Assembly (NCBI GenBank): GCA_038087875.1
Contig: CM075987.1
Location: forward strand, 21,826,001 to 21,890,000
Direction of reading: 5' to 3'
Length of the DNA stretch: 64,000 nt
Source: Malacoraja senta
Lineage: Eukaryota
This document shows, piece after piece, positions 38,001 through 51,458 of this stretch; the stretch's first letter is position 1; each line of letters starts with the position of its first letter. The translations under genes were made by a program, and so were the position numbers. The notes below the pieces were generated by a model. It saw nothing but the letters and a program-made list of their open reading frames with translations. It did no database searches and was not told the origin of the DNA.

Positions 38001-38627
38001 GTGAGTTTCAAAAGTCAAGAGCTTTACAGCCCAATTAAAGCAATAGCTCAACAAATAAAAATACAATCAACAATAAATCAATAAATTAATAATCAGTATA
38101 ATACTCGGTGACTAGACCGTTTCCTGTAGGCCATGGGGAATACGAGGTGTTATCCCGTGTTTCTTGTCATGATGGGAGATGGAGTTCACGAACTGATTAT
38201 GACATCATTTTAATCTCAGTACTTTTCCTCCTATCTTCCAATTTCTCTTCTTCATCATCATGATTTTTTTTTGTCTCACCACACTCCTTTTCTGGTCTCT
38301 CTGAAAGCCCCTTGTTTCACCTTAGTTGAACTGCTCCATTACTCAGAAATGCTTCTGGAACAAATCTTAGTTATTATAAAAAAGGAAAACTTAATATAAA
38401 GCGGAATAAATGTTATTAGAATTTTATAAAATTAGATCGGAAGGACTTTATAAATTGTGAGTACTGAACCTGGAAAGGAAATGGTGATCTTACACAGGTG
38501 TGGTTGATTGGACTAATGTTACCAGAGTTAACATAAATAAACACAGTTAGTGTTTACTGGAATATGGAAGATTAAAGAATGATTTGATTGAGAATTTTCT
38601 GATTTTTAAATGGACACAAGAGTAAAC

Positions 38628-38972
38628 CGCGAGCAGCACCGGATATTGGAGGAAATGCACCTCATATTCCACTTGGGCAGTCTACATCCTGGGGGCATGA
38701 ACATTGAGTTCTCCCAACTCTGCTAGCCCTTGCTGTCCCCTCCCCTTCATCAGCCCTCTGGTTGTCTCCTCCCATCCCCCAGCCCTCGGGCTCCTCCTCC
38801 GCCTTTTTTCCTTTTTTCCTTTCTTCTCCCCACCCCCTATCAGTCTGAAGAAGGGTTTCGGCCCGAAACGTTGCCTATTTCCTTCGCTCCATAGATGCTG
38901 CTGCACCCACTGAGTTTCTCCAGCATTTTTGTGTACCTTCGATTTTCCAGCATCTGCAGTTCCTTCTTTAAC
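38628..38972 (+). mobile_element. PLE: GIY-YIG C-terminus plus terminal repeat with hammerhead core at 38845-38872 (sense to GFI1B intron 2)
   Basis: EQHRILEEMHLIFHLGSLHPGGMNIEFSQLC* then CTGAAGA-A-GGGT-TTCG-GCCC-GAAACGTT; closely similar to the 19590-19980 copy. Confidence 0.9.
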
Positions 38973-39197
38973 ACAAGAGTAAACCTTTTTCCTTGTGGGC
39001 AACAAAGGACATAACCTTAACATCTGAGCCATACTCTGGTTTAAATGCTCGGGAACATGCAAAGGGTGACAGCAATATGAAATACTCTTCCACAAATACA
39101 GATTTTAAGATTATGTCCCTTTTATTCTTGTGCCATTGCTAGCAGAATTGTGAAATTGGACAAATCTGGTCATTTCTGTATAAGTAACAGTATTCTG

Positions 39198-39647
39198 TAT
39201 ACAGAGAAAGGTTGAACAAGTTAGGTCTATTCTTTGAAGCGCAGAAGGTTAAGAGGGGACTTGATAGAGGTATTTAAAATTATGAGCGGGTTAGACAGAG
39301 TTGACGTGGATAAGCTTTTCCCATTGAGAGTAGGGAAGATTCAAACAAGGGGACATGACTTGAGAATTAAGGGACAGAAGTTTAGGGGTAACATTAGGGG
39401 GAACTTCTTTACTCAGAGAGTGGTAGCTGTGTGGAATGAGCTTCCAGTGGAAGTGGTGGAGGCAGGTTCGATTTTATCCTTTAAAAATAGATTGGATGGG
39501 TATATGGACGGGAAAGGAATGGAGGGTTATGGTCTGAGTGCAGGTAGATGGGACTAGGTGGAAGTAAAAAAAAATATTTTTTTTTAAAAGTGTTCGGCAC
39601 GGACTTGAAGGGCCGAGATGGCCTGTTTCCGTGCTGTAATGGTTATA
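39198..39647 (+). mobile_element. CR1/HER1 LINE 3' end, relatively young
   Basis: ORF 39234-39557: KRRRLRGDLIEVFKIMSGLDRVD...TRGHDLRI...FFTQRVVAVWNELP. Confidence 0.93.
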
Positions 39648-40438
39648 AGTAACGCGAAAACATCTCGTTTGGCTACTAGCAATGGAAGACACGTTGCTTT
39701 TAAAAAAAAATCTTTGAACACTTTTCTGTTTATTAGTTCTTGAAGTTGATGGAAAATGTAAAGAGGTTTATTTGACTGACTGTCCAAAAATTATCCTGTC
39801 GTGTTTTGGAAGGCGGGAAAATTGCCAGAATTGACATTTCAGGTGACCTATGACAGGAGAGGGTGGGAGAGTTAAAGGAGATCAGATGACAACACTCGCA
39901 GGTAGAGTCTGAGTTCAGGAAGGTAGTTAGTTCTATGAGGAGGGTGCACTGAAGAGAGACTTGAAAGCCAGGAGACCATATTCCAGCCAAAAATCATAGG
40001 TGAAAGGGAAGAAGAAACTGCCGAAATAAATGCTCAACCAGCCAAGAATCAAGTGTTTACATGTAAACCCCGACCTGATTGTTATTAATCTCTTCAATAG
40101 GAGAAGGGTTTTGGCAGACAGTTGGGTTTGTGTTGCTAATAGTAAACAGAGAGATCATTATCTTTTCGTGACCAGTACATGTGACAGTGTTTTCATGAGG
40201 GGGACGAGTCTGAAAACTGTAATCCCAACTGCAGCCAGGGGGTAGTGAGATTTGCATAACCCGGGCGATGAAGGAGGCTCCACTCTGTTATATAAACAAA
40301 CCAGAGGAACAGTCCGCCACAGGCAAGTGATCGCTGGCTCGCCCGGGAAAGGTGCTTTGCGAAGTGCGAGAACACTTCTGATTCCACTTCACAATTCTGT
40401 CCCAGAGAAGTGGATTGAGCTTCCCCGGATTGCCTCCT

Positions 40439-40700
40439 TATATATTCAGGATATACAATCTTGAATTATATATTATAGAGTATATATAAGCACATACGAT
40501 AATATAATATACTATTATATACTATAATATATATATAATAAATATAAGTATATATATATTATATATAACTATATATACATACTTGTTTATTAACAATATT
40601 TAAACAAAAAATATATATAAACAAATATATATATATATATCAAATAATTATATTATATTATATATATCCTGAATATATAGTCAGGATATATTAATATCCT
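40439..40700. repeat. AT-rich low-complexity tract bounded by 17-bp inverted repeats
   Basis: tatatattcaggatata (40439-40455) and its reverse complement tatatcctgaatatata (40663-40679). Confidence 0.85.
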
Positions 40701-43700
40701 AAAGATTGTTGTGTGCAGTTCATGGGACAAATACATCAGTGATCAGAACCAAAACGTCTCCAATGTTCTCCAGAGATGCTGCCTGACCCGCTGAGTTACT
40801 CCAACACTTTTTGCTTTTTTTGTGCATTAACCAGCATCTGCAGTTCCCTGTTTCTACTTTTAAACCACCTAAAGTCATGCAGCACAGAAATTGACCCTTT
40901 GGCCCACTGCATCCATGCTGGCCCTCAAATACCTCCCTCCACTAATTCCATTTGCCTGCACTAGGGCCACACTTCCAACTGCTCATTGAAATACTTATTA
41001 ATTGTTGTGAATATTCCTGCCTCTTTGGTGTTCCAGATTTCAACCACTCTCTGGGTGTAAATATTATTCTTTAAATCCCATCTAAATCACTGAACTCAGT
41101 TTAAAACTATAGTCTCAGGTTTAGGTTTATTATTGTCGTATCTATGAAAGTGAAAAACTTTCTTCTGCATGCTATCCAATCAGATCAGATCATACGATTC
41201 ATTAATACAATCAAGACAAACTTAAATACAATGGTAGAGCAAAGGGGAAGATACAGAGTGCAGAATATAGTTCTCAGCATTGTAGCGCAACAGTTCCATA
41301 GACAAAATCCCGTGTCCGCTATGGGATAGATGTGAATCGGACAGTACTCTAACTTATGGAAGGACGATGAATTGTAGGATTGTCAGACCTGCAGGAATAT
41401 TGAAGAGAATATAATTAGAAAACTTAGAAATGGTGCTGTATTTACAAGTAGAAAAGAGAATTAGAGTGAAGCAATTGTATCGGAGGAAAATAGATCCTTT
41501 GGGAAGAGCACACAAAGAGGGAATAAATGAAGACCCTGTTCCATCTAAAAACATCCCAAGGCTCTGTTCTGAAGATAGATTGTTTTTCCTGTGTTTTCAC
41601 TAATGTTATCCCTTAACCAATAATATCATCATTATATTGCTGATATCCTACATGGTTTAAATTTTTGATTGGTTATAACATGTCCTGAGTCATTTTGAGA
41701 ACATGAAAATATTATATAAACTTACTATATTTCTCAATTTTTCTAACTAAATCGTCATGTCCTTAGCATAAGTCTATGCAAATCTATTCACAATCTCTCC
41801 CAGAGAAGATCATGAATACAATGAGGAGGAAATTGTACAGAACTTGAACAGAATACAACTGGAATAACTAGATTTCATTCTGTTTGCTGCACTTCAGCAC
41901 AGATACGTTTGTTTTGGAGAGAGTGCAGCACAGATTCACCAGATTTAAACAGGGGATTAAAGAGTTTGATGATGAGAACACGCCTTGCCTTTATTTGTAT
42001 TAGGAAGGTAGGATTGATTTAATTAGGATGTTTAAAATTATAAAATATTTTGTGATAGATTTGAATAAATAGTTTCCTTTGGTATGAGGGCATGTTGTTA
42101 GTCTTGGCAGGATTAATTGGTCATGGTTTCCCAATTTAATGGGATGCAAATGAGAAAAACGACTATGATCCCTTTGCGGCAACTCCTCTGGAATATTGTC
42201 TGAAGATAAACTCAGAGGTGAATTCTAGATGCCCAAACAGCTGGGCGTCCACCATGTTAGCTGATAGGTATCTCAGCGTAAAGGTCTCCATAAGGTGTTT
42301 ATACACCAGTTTCAATGGTTCAATGGTACTTTATTGTCACAGGCATTTAAATACAGTGACATTCCTTGTTTGCATACAGTTCAGTAAAATCTTACTGAAC
42401 ATGAGTGCAAATATACCTAAGTACAAAATTGCAACGTTTGTAGTGTAAGAATAATAGATTACACTGAGGCAGTGCACAAAGAGTCCCCATGTTTCCGTTG
42501 CCATCTTGTATCCTTCAAGTTTCAAAGTTCTTAAAAATATAGAGTCTTATCTTGGAGCAGAGACGAGAGCAACACCACAATCACACTCATTACACCTGTC
42601 CACCCTGAAGATAGACACAAAATGCTGGGGTAACTCCGCGGGTAAGGCAGCATCTCTGCAGATGTACAATCAGTGCTATTTTTGTGACTATCTGTCTGCA
42701 CGTGGTGTTGTACCTGAGCTCTAAAAAGTTAAAAACTAAATTTTCACATTTTTTAAATGACAAAAAGATTACTAATGTCCAAAAAGAAAGACATTAATGC
42801 AAAAACACAATTAGAGAAAAAATGTCCATGGTAGTGCAGGAGGTGGTCCGTAGGTTTCCGCTGTTGAGGTAGGATTAGGATTGTACAGGACGATTCAAGA
42901 ACCTGTTGTTGTAGGAAATATCTGTTCATGAACCTGGTGCTATTGGACCTCTGTGCCTCTTGCCGGATGATTACATGATGATCAAAACGAACACGCTCCC
43001 ATACTCCACTGTCCATTTATATACTTCCATCAGTCTTCCCACAGCCTTCTCCAAAGAAAGAGATCAAGTCAAGTCAAGTCAAGTTTATTCATCACATACA
43101 CATACGAGATGTGCAGTGAAATGAAAAGTGGCAATGCTTGCGGACTTTGTGCAAAAAAAAAAAAAAAAAAAAAAAAACTACAAACAGAATGGAACAGAAT
43201 CACATATTCTTTTACATATTACATATTGTGGGAGGAAGGAAAAAGGAATTTTTAAAAAACAGCAATTAAAAAAACCCATTAGAATGGTACAGTAAAGTTA
43301 GTCCCTGGTGAGGTAGGAGTTTACAGTCCTAATGGCCTCTGGGAAGAAACTCCTTCTCAACCTCTCCGTTCTCACAGCATGGCAACGGAGGCGATCTAAT
43401 CCTTCCTGATTTAGCATCCATCATCCCAGAATCCATTCTTCAGTTGTATTCTCACGGATCTTTCCTGAATTCTCTCTGTTATCTTCAAACCCTCTCTACA
43501 ATGTGGTGACTACAATTGATGACAAGACTCCAGTTGAGGCCAGACCGATGCTTATAAAGGTTCAGCATAATTGCTATATACTCTGTCGTTCTATTGTTAA
43601 ACCCCAGAATTGTGCACACCATATTAACCATTTTCTCCCACCTGTCAAACATTTATGTAGACATATCCTTGGTTCCCTTTGCTCTTGCACTCCTTTTCGA

Positions 43701-43799
43701 ACGGTATCTTTATTCTATATTGTATGTTCCCATTCTTCCCAACAAAATCCACCACTCTATTTCTCTTTGTCAGCCATGCATCTGCCTATTCCACTGGCT

Positions 43800-44218
43800 T
43801 GATTATAGGATGAGAGGGAATCTTATAGAAACATATACAATTCTTAAGGTATATTGGACAGGCTAGATGTAGGAAAAATGTTCCCAATGTTGGAAAAGTC
43901 CAGAACCAGGGGTCACAGTTTAAGAATAAGGGATAGGCCATTTAGGACTGAGATGAGGAAAAACCTTTTCACCCAGAGAGTTGTGAATCTGTGGAATTCT
44001 CTGGCACAGAAGGCAGTGCATGTCAATTCACTGGATGTTTTCAAGAGAGAGTTAGATATAGTTCTTAGGTTCCTACGGAATCAAGGGATATGTGGATAAA
44101 GCAGGAACAGGGTACTGAATTTGGATGATCAACCATGATCATATTGAATGGTGGTGCTAGCTCGAAGGGCCAAATGGCCTACTCCTGCACCTATTTTCTA
44201 TGGTTCTATGTTTCTATA
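43800..44218 (+). mobile_element. CR1 LINE 3' end
   Basis: RMRGNLIETY..., SRTRGHSLRIR...FTQRVVNLWNSL; tail cctactcctgcacctattttctatggttctatgtttcta. Confidence 0.9.
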
Positions 44219-44679
44219 TTGTACTGCAGTCTATCACTATATTAGCAAGTGCTGCGTTACCTGCAAATTAGCTGCAATGATTATTTTCCTTATAATACTT
44301 TAAATGTACTTCCTTGGTCAGGACATCTTGACTCTATAGATGCCACTTAGAAATGCATTCTCTTTTCCTTCCCCAACATAACTAGACAATAAGAAACAAG
44401 ATCCTGCGACGTTTCTTTGTGCTAATATTAAAATCTTGTGTATTTTTTATACATAATATCAAAAGCTGCAGCATTGAGCAGTTCAACCAAGGTACCGGAT
44501 TCAAATCAGTTGTATTCAAATCTGACCTACTGACTTGTTGAATGGAAGGTGGAGGGTAACAGGCATAATTCGCAAATCGCTTACATTGTTGGAGTGACTT
44601 CACACAAGGAAAGGCCTTTAGCTGAATTAAAATTGGCCCAGTTTCCTTACAAAGAGAGCTGAGGTGTGATTAGGAGTCT

Positions 44680-44990
44680 AGTTTAGTTTAGTTTAGTTTA
44701 GAGCTACAGCGCAGAAACAGGCCCTTCGGCCCACCGAGTCCGCGCCGACCAGCGATCCCTGCACACTAATGCTATCCTACACACACTAGGGACAATTTAC
44801 AATTATATCACGCCAATTAACCTACAAACCTGTATGTCTTTCCAGTGTGGGAGGAAACTGGAGCACCCGGAGAAAACCCAAGCGGTCACAGGGAGAACGT
44901 ACAAACTCCATGCAGACAGCACCTGTGGTCAGGATCAAACCATGGTCTCTGGTGCTGTGAGGCAGCAGCTCTAGGGCTGTGCCGCCGTGC
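44680..44990 (-). mobile_element. HE1-like V-SINE
   Basis: Reverse complement of the SINE with a (tttag)n tail at 44680-44700. Confidence 0.88.
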
Positions 44991-45076
44991 CGAGTCGGGG
45001 TTAATATCGGTGTGAATATATTATTCTTTCGTGTAAGATTTCAGAAATATGATGAGCTTTCATTGCTTCTCTGTAG

Positions 45077-45238
45077 ATTTACCCATATGGTCTCCAGTAG
45101 AAAACACGGGCCCCTCCACTGGGCCGAATGTCCATGACCGTGAACATGAGCAAGAAGACACTCCATGGGAGAATGGCGGAGATTATCAGAGAGGGTCCTT
45201 GAGTCTGACTAAAGCCGCTACATACGACATCCCTCCAG
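45077..45238 (+). CDS. GFI1B: GFI1B gene exon 3 (intermediate domain)
   Basis: Acceptor gcttctctgtag|, 162 nt open in phase 1 to 1 (DLPIWSPVENTGPST...YDIPP), donor CAG|gtaccg. Poorly conserved region, called from splice signals, phase and position. Confidence 0.8.
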
Positions 45239-47727
45239 GTACCGAGATCTTATGCATAGAACCGGCACATCAGCTCACCCTAAAAAGGCTTGGTAGGGTA
45301 TAGAAATGTTCATTTGCATACTTGATTGTCACAAGACCCACTTTACAAACAAATCTTATGAGCAAGGAAAGGCTTGCATGTTATGGTGCCTTTCATTATC
45401 TAAGAATGCCCCAGGAATTTTTTTAAAATCAAGTATTTTTAAAGCAGAAAATATAACAGTGATTTGTACACAGCAATTCCCATGGAGCCTGATATTTGAC
45501 CAAATCACTGATATTGGTAGCCACAGCACGGTAGTTGACTGGCCCCATTTCTTTTCAATTTAGTGCATGGGGTTCTTTAGAATCCGCCAGAGAGGACAGA
45601 AGTCACACCTGAAAGAAAGAATCTCCAACTGTGGGGCACGTCCACCGTGGAGAGTTGCCAATTGCAGTTAGATGTAGATCTGATAGATTGGATGACTGCC
45701 ATAGACCGTCATGTGACAGTCAGTCAGCACTGGGTGGGTCCTCCTGCAGTTGTATATCTTTCTACCCAGTAACTGCCAGTATCTTAATGAGTTGAAATAG
45801 AGAAAATGGGACAATATTGCAAATTTGTCCCCTTAAGTCATGAACGGACGTGCATATTCATGGTAAGTTCAGACTGAGTTATTGAACTACCCAGCGTTTG
45901 TTTCTAATCATAAATGCAGTAAAACAATAACCTGCTATCCCATTGATCGTGGCATTTGGCATATTGGGTGATGTTTCCCACACTCCCTTTAACTCATTTG
46001 TGTCCCGTATCCTGCACTCCCATTAAATACACTGGGGCCTGTTTCCCGTGCTCTCTTTAAACTCTCTTGGTTCTGTGGAAACGTTATTAGACTGCCATGT
46101 AACATCTAACAAAAATGAATTAGAAGTTGGGAATTAACAGGAATAGCATCCATAGGGCCGGACAATCTGTCAGGCAGGCATCATCTAAGCATAGAGCATG
46201 ATGGATTAATTGAAATTTCACTGTATGTTGAATTTATAGACTTACCGTTGATTATTTTGATTGAACAAACAACCATTATTTTATAAGTTATAGGAGCAGA
46301 ATTAGGCCATTCGGCCCATTAAGATGACTCCACCATTCAATCATGGCAGATCTATCTTTCCCTCTCAACCCCATACTCCTGTCTTCTCCCCATAACTTCT
46401 GACACCTGTATATAGAATAGGTTTGAATGACATACACTTTAGTTTATTGTCACTTGTATCGAGGTACAGTGAAAAGCTTTTGTTGCGGGCTATCCTGTCA
46501 GCAGAAAGACGATACATGATTACAATCGAGCCATTTACAGAATGTGAGTTTGAATTAATACTGAACAGCGGTTTTAACATTATGAAAATATCTCACTGGA
46601 GTTTTATCAAGCAACGTTGAACAACAAGGCGTGCAAGGACACATATTAAGGATTGCTGAAGTGTATCTTTTAAAGGACATAAATAAGGAAAGAGGTGGAG
46701 AGGGAGTTTAGTTGGGGTAGGGGAAAGGCATGAAGTGAAATTCCGACGTATGTGGTTTAGCAGCTGAAGGTTGGCCTGCAAATAGTACAGTGATTGAAGT
46801 CAAGGGTAAGTGAGAGGACATCCTGATGTTTTGGAGCTTAGTGGAAGCAGCGACCAAAGGGGTGAATGGTATGTGAGTCTTGGTGCGAGTGAAGGTAAAA
46901 CCAGCAGAGTTTTAGATTTAAGATATATACAAAAAGCTGGAGCAACTCAGCGGGACAGGCAGCATCTCTGGAGAGACCCTTCTTCTCGACCCGAAACATC
47001 ACCCATTCCTTCTCTCCAGAGATGCCGCCTGTCCCGCTGAGTTACTCCAGTTTTTTGTGTCTTTCTTCTGTTTAAACCAGCATCTGCACTTCCTTCCTAC
47101 ACATTGAGTTGTAGATGTCGTGGAAGGAATGTGGAAGCTGTGAGATCACCCAGCTTTGAGCTGGGAAAGATGCATCAAGATTCATAAATTAGCTGAGATT
47201 TGAGGGAGAGAGTCTGAAATTTGTTGTGGTAGAAAGAAAAATGAATTTCGCTGCACCGAGGCACATGTGACAATAAAGTACAGTACCGCTAACCCATGAT
47301 CACTGTTCAGTGGATCTCATTTCAAGGATCTTCAACTGGATACATTCCTGGATATTTCATCGTATCAGTTTGAAGGGGAACAGAGTTATAGCTTCAGTAG
47401 CAGGTAGTTAGAATATAGAACATAGAACAGTAGAGCTCAGGAACAGGCCCTGCACATGATCTACGCCCTGCATATCATGTGCCTATCTAAAAATCTTTAA
47501 AACACCACTATCATATCTACTTCCACCAATACCTCTGGCAGCGCATTCCAGGCACCTGCCATCGTCTGTGTTAAAAGTCATGCCCCACACACTCCTTTTA
47601 GACTTTGCCCCTCTCATCTTAAAGCTCTGCTCTCTTAACTTTGAGTTTGGAGGGTACAGAGGGTCAGGTAGCATCTCTGGAGGAAAAGAATAGGTGACGT
47701 TTCGGGTCGAGGCCCTTCTTCAGTCAG

Positions 47728-48020
47728 TTTAGTTTAGTTTAGAGATACAGTGGGGACACAAGCCCTTTGGCCCACCGAGTCTGCCAACCAGCGATCACCC
47801 GTACACTAGTTCTATTTTACTCTCTAGGGACAATTTACAGAAGCCAATTAACCTACAAACCTGCACATGTTTGGAATGTAGGAGGAGACCAGAGCACCCG
47901 GAGTAAACCCACGTGGTGACAGGGAGAACATAACAACGCACAGACAGCACCCGTAGACAGGATTGAACCTGGGTCACTGGCGCTGTAAAGCAGTAACTCT
48001 ACCGCTGCGCCACCGTGCCG
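47728..48020 (-). mobile_element. HE1-like V-SINE immediately upstream of GFI1B exon 4
   Basis: taccgctgcgccaccgtgcc head and (tttag)n tail. Confidence 0.88.
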
Positions 48021-48097
48021 TTGCAGATGGACTTTGGTGGAAATATGAAATGAAAAATTGTGCACCTAATTTTCAGTTGTGTTCATTTCTGTTGCAG

Positions 48098-48363
48098 GGT
48101 CAGGAACCCTTCTCTCAAGATCTTCTGGCAATAAAGAATGTTTGCTGACTTCCGCCCACAAGCCAGGCTTTCCCTGGGGCTCGTTCCAGAACATATACAA
48201 CTTCTGCCATCTCTCCCCCAGCTTCCAGTCCTCTCTCTTGGTCGACACAGGTGGTCTGTACAGGACCCCTGTTTCAAGACCACTGGAAATCGACCAGCCC
48301 ATTGATTACAGCACACATTACCCCTCAGGATCAAATGCTTACCACTGCATAAAGTGTAATAAG
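48098..48363 (+). CDS. GFI1B: GFI1B gene exon 4 (intermediate domain to start of ZF1)
   Basis: Acceptor ttctgttgcag|, 266 nt, ends ...DQPIDYSTHYPSGSNAYHCIKCNK, donor AAG|gtaatt; YHCxKCNK is GFI1B-like. Confidence 0.93.
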
Positions 48364-48614
48364 GTAATTGCTGTAGATGCTCAGTAAAATTGGGGTTTTA
48401 TCAGTGTGATGAGGCTGTGGAGATAGTTGGCCGCCTTCAGTCAAATTGTAGCATTCTTGTTGTCTTTTCAGAAGGTTGTGGGTTCAAGTCCCACAAACAC
48501 CCCTCAAATCCAAATCAGATTTCCTTTCATTGTGGGATTGTTCCCAATGAGATGGACTACACTGATCTTCTGACAGTAGAATATGAAATTACTGTAAGTT
48601 AATGTTAAGTTAAG

Positions 48615-48938
48615 GACGGCACGGTGGCGCAGCGGTAGAGTTGCTGCCTTAAAGCGCTTGCAGCACCAGAGACCCGGATTCGATCTCGACTACGGGTGCT
48701 GCGTGTAGGGAGTTTATACGTTCGCCCCGTGACCGCGTGTTTTTTCTCCGAGATCTTCGGTTTCCTCCCACGCTCCAAAGACGTACAGGGTTGTAGGTTA
48801 ATTAGCTTGGGTTTGTATACTTGGGATAAGTGTAAAAAATGTCCCTAGTGTGTGTAGGCTTGTGTTAATGTGTGGGGATTGCTCGTCGGTGCGGACTTGA
48901 TGGGCTGAAGGGCCTGTTTCCGCGCTGTATCTCTAAAA
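48615..48938 (+). mobile_element. HE1-like V-SINE (other copies near 16225, 37345, 51980, 56480 and 58820)
   Basis: ggcacggtggcgcagcggtagagttgctgcct...gggcctgtttccgcgctgtatctctaaa. Confidence 0.88.
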
Positions 48939-49528
48939 CCTGTGTTAATAGAGAGATGCCATTTTGTTGCCAAAACTCTCTCCCTCTTACTTTAAAGTAA
49001 GTTTAAAAGCTTCACTTGGGACTCATTCCAGAACATGTATGACTTCTGTCATCCTGACCCTCTTAGTCATTATCATGATGCTATTTGTAGTATCTTATTG
49101 TGTGCAAATTAGCTTTCTTATTTATTTTATAACAACAGTTAATGCATTCTGGGAAAGAACATTTTTTAACTGTAAATCACTTGAGATAGTGAAAGGTTCT
49201 ATATCGAACTCATCTTTTTTCAGAGAGGATTGAGATTTTAAGAAAATATTATGTCATTGTTATATGTGTGGGAGCTAGACACAAAAAGCTGGAGTAACTC
49301 AGCGGGTCAGGCAGCATCTCTGGAGAAAACGAATAGGTGATGTTTCGGAACGAGACCCTTAACGTCACCTATTCCTTTTCTCCAGAGATGCTGCCTGACC
49401 CGCTGAGTTACTCCAGCTTTTTGTGTCTATCCTCAGTGTAAACCAGCATCTACAATTCCTTCCTACACATCTGTGGGAGAGCAGTTGAAGCCCCCTTTGG
49501 GAGCCATGACCTGTAGAATGTGGGGACA

Positions 49529-51458
49529 ATAAGGGAACACAACAAACATATAATACAACAATTTCCATTTAAAATAGTAAACGAAAAATTCAAATACCTA
49601 GGCATTTACGTAACTAAGATATATACATCATTATTTAAAGCAAAATTTCCCCCATTACTGAACAAACTACATAAGAATATTCAATATTGGAAAACACTTC
49701 CTATCTCAATGGTTGGCAAAATTAATGCCATAAAAATGATTTTTTTTACCGCAAATATTATACCTTTTTCAGACAATTCCGATATATTTGTCAAAAAACT
49801 TTTTTAAAAAATTGGATTCCATTGTTAATGGTTTTATCTGGGATTATAAGAATCATAGAATAAACAAAAGACATTTGTGTAAATCAAAAATAAATGGAGG
49901 CTTGGTTTTACCAAACTTTCTGTTTTATTTTTGGGCAGTTAATATTAAAAATATGAATTTCTGGTTGGAAGAAATAGATCAACAACCAGATTGGTTAAAA
50001 ATGGAAAAGGAAGATTGTTTACCTTTTGATATCGGCTCGATATTATTTGCTACGTCTAAATTAAACAAAACCATTTATATGGAAAACCCTATAATATTTA
50101 GTGCTATACGAATTTGGAAACAATTAAAAAAGACATTAAAATTAGATAATTCATCACTTTTTCTTCCAATTGTGAATAACACTTTGTTTAAGCTCTCATG
50201 GTTGGACAGGGGCTTTACACAATGGAAGAATTATGGAATTAAAAATATGGGACAACTTTACAAGGAAGGCACTTTTCTTACATTTCAGGAGTTGCAACAG
50301 ACTTATGGACTTCGAGGAAATGATTTTTTCAGATATCTTCAACTCAGAGATTATGTAAAATCGAATACTCAAAATTTTCGAATTAGAAATTCAGAAATTC
50401 TTGATGAATGTTGGAATAAACATCCTAATACAGAAAAATTAATATCTTATATATATAATATTTTATTAGACAGTGACATTCCATCGACGGACTTACACAG
50501 ACAAACATGGGAAAAAGAATTAAATCAAATAATAACGAAAGATACTTGGGAAGAAAGTTTACAACACATACATTAATGTTCATTAAATGCCAGACATTCT
50601 TTAATACAATTTAAAGTAATACATAGGTTACATTATTCAAAAACAAAATTACCTAAAATCTTTCAACATATCTCACCTATATGTGATAAATGTCAACATT
50701 TAGAAGCTAACTTATCTCATATGTTTGCAAACTGTATAAAAATTAAAAAATTCTGGGTAAATATTTTCAGTATAATATCTAAAGTGACCAGCACACAATT
50801 GGACCCGGATCCAAAATTAATAATACTCGGAATATTAGAATTAAATCAAACATTTACAACAACACAAAGAAACTTTATTGATTATAGTATAATAACGGGA
50901 AAAAAATTAATTCTAAAATTTTGGAAAGGCCCTATAACCCCCACAATCAAAATGTGGTTTATAGAAATGACGGAGACCTTAAACGTGGAAAGAATCAGAT
51001 TTTCCCTGTTGGACAAACAGGAATTATTCGTTGGAACATGGTCTCCCTTTATTGATTATTTAAAGGGTCAGAATGGTTCAGCACAGGAACCTGACTAACA
51101 CTCGGGCTAAAGAATGGATGAAATGTTATACTCTGAAATGTACGAATATATCTCGAACGAAGTTTTTTATCTTAATAAATTTTTCCATTCTTCTTTAACT
51201 ATCTTTTTCTTTTTTGTTTTATTTATTTTTTTGTTTTTGTTTTTTTGTTTTTTTCTTTCTCTCTCTTTTCTTCTCTCTCTTTTCTTTCTTTACTTCATCT
51301 ATCTTTTTAGTTCTATCTAGTTTAAAAAAAAAAAAAGGCAAAAGGTATTGGAGACAATGTAATAATAATTGACAATATTATCAATTTAAAAATGCAAGAC
51401 TGGTAATGATGTTAATATGTTATGTACTTATCTCCAATAAAAAATATTTTCAAAAAAA
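49529..51458 (+). mobile_element. 5'-truncated L1-clade LINE with 14-bp target-site duplication in GFI1B intron 4
   Basis: ORF2 remnants FKYLGIYVT, WKTLPISMVGKINAIKM, GGLVLPNF and ICDKC...HMFANC; one frameshift near 49740 and one stop at 50574; AATAAA at 51436 plus A-tail; TSD agaatgtggggaca at 49515-49528 and 51459-51472. Confidence 0.95.
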
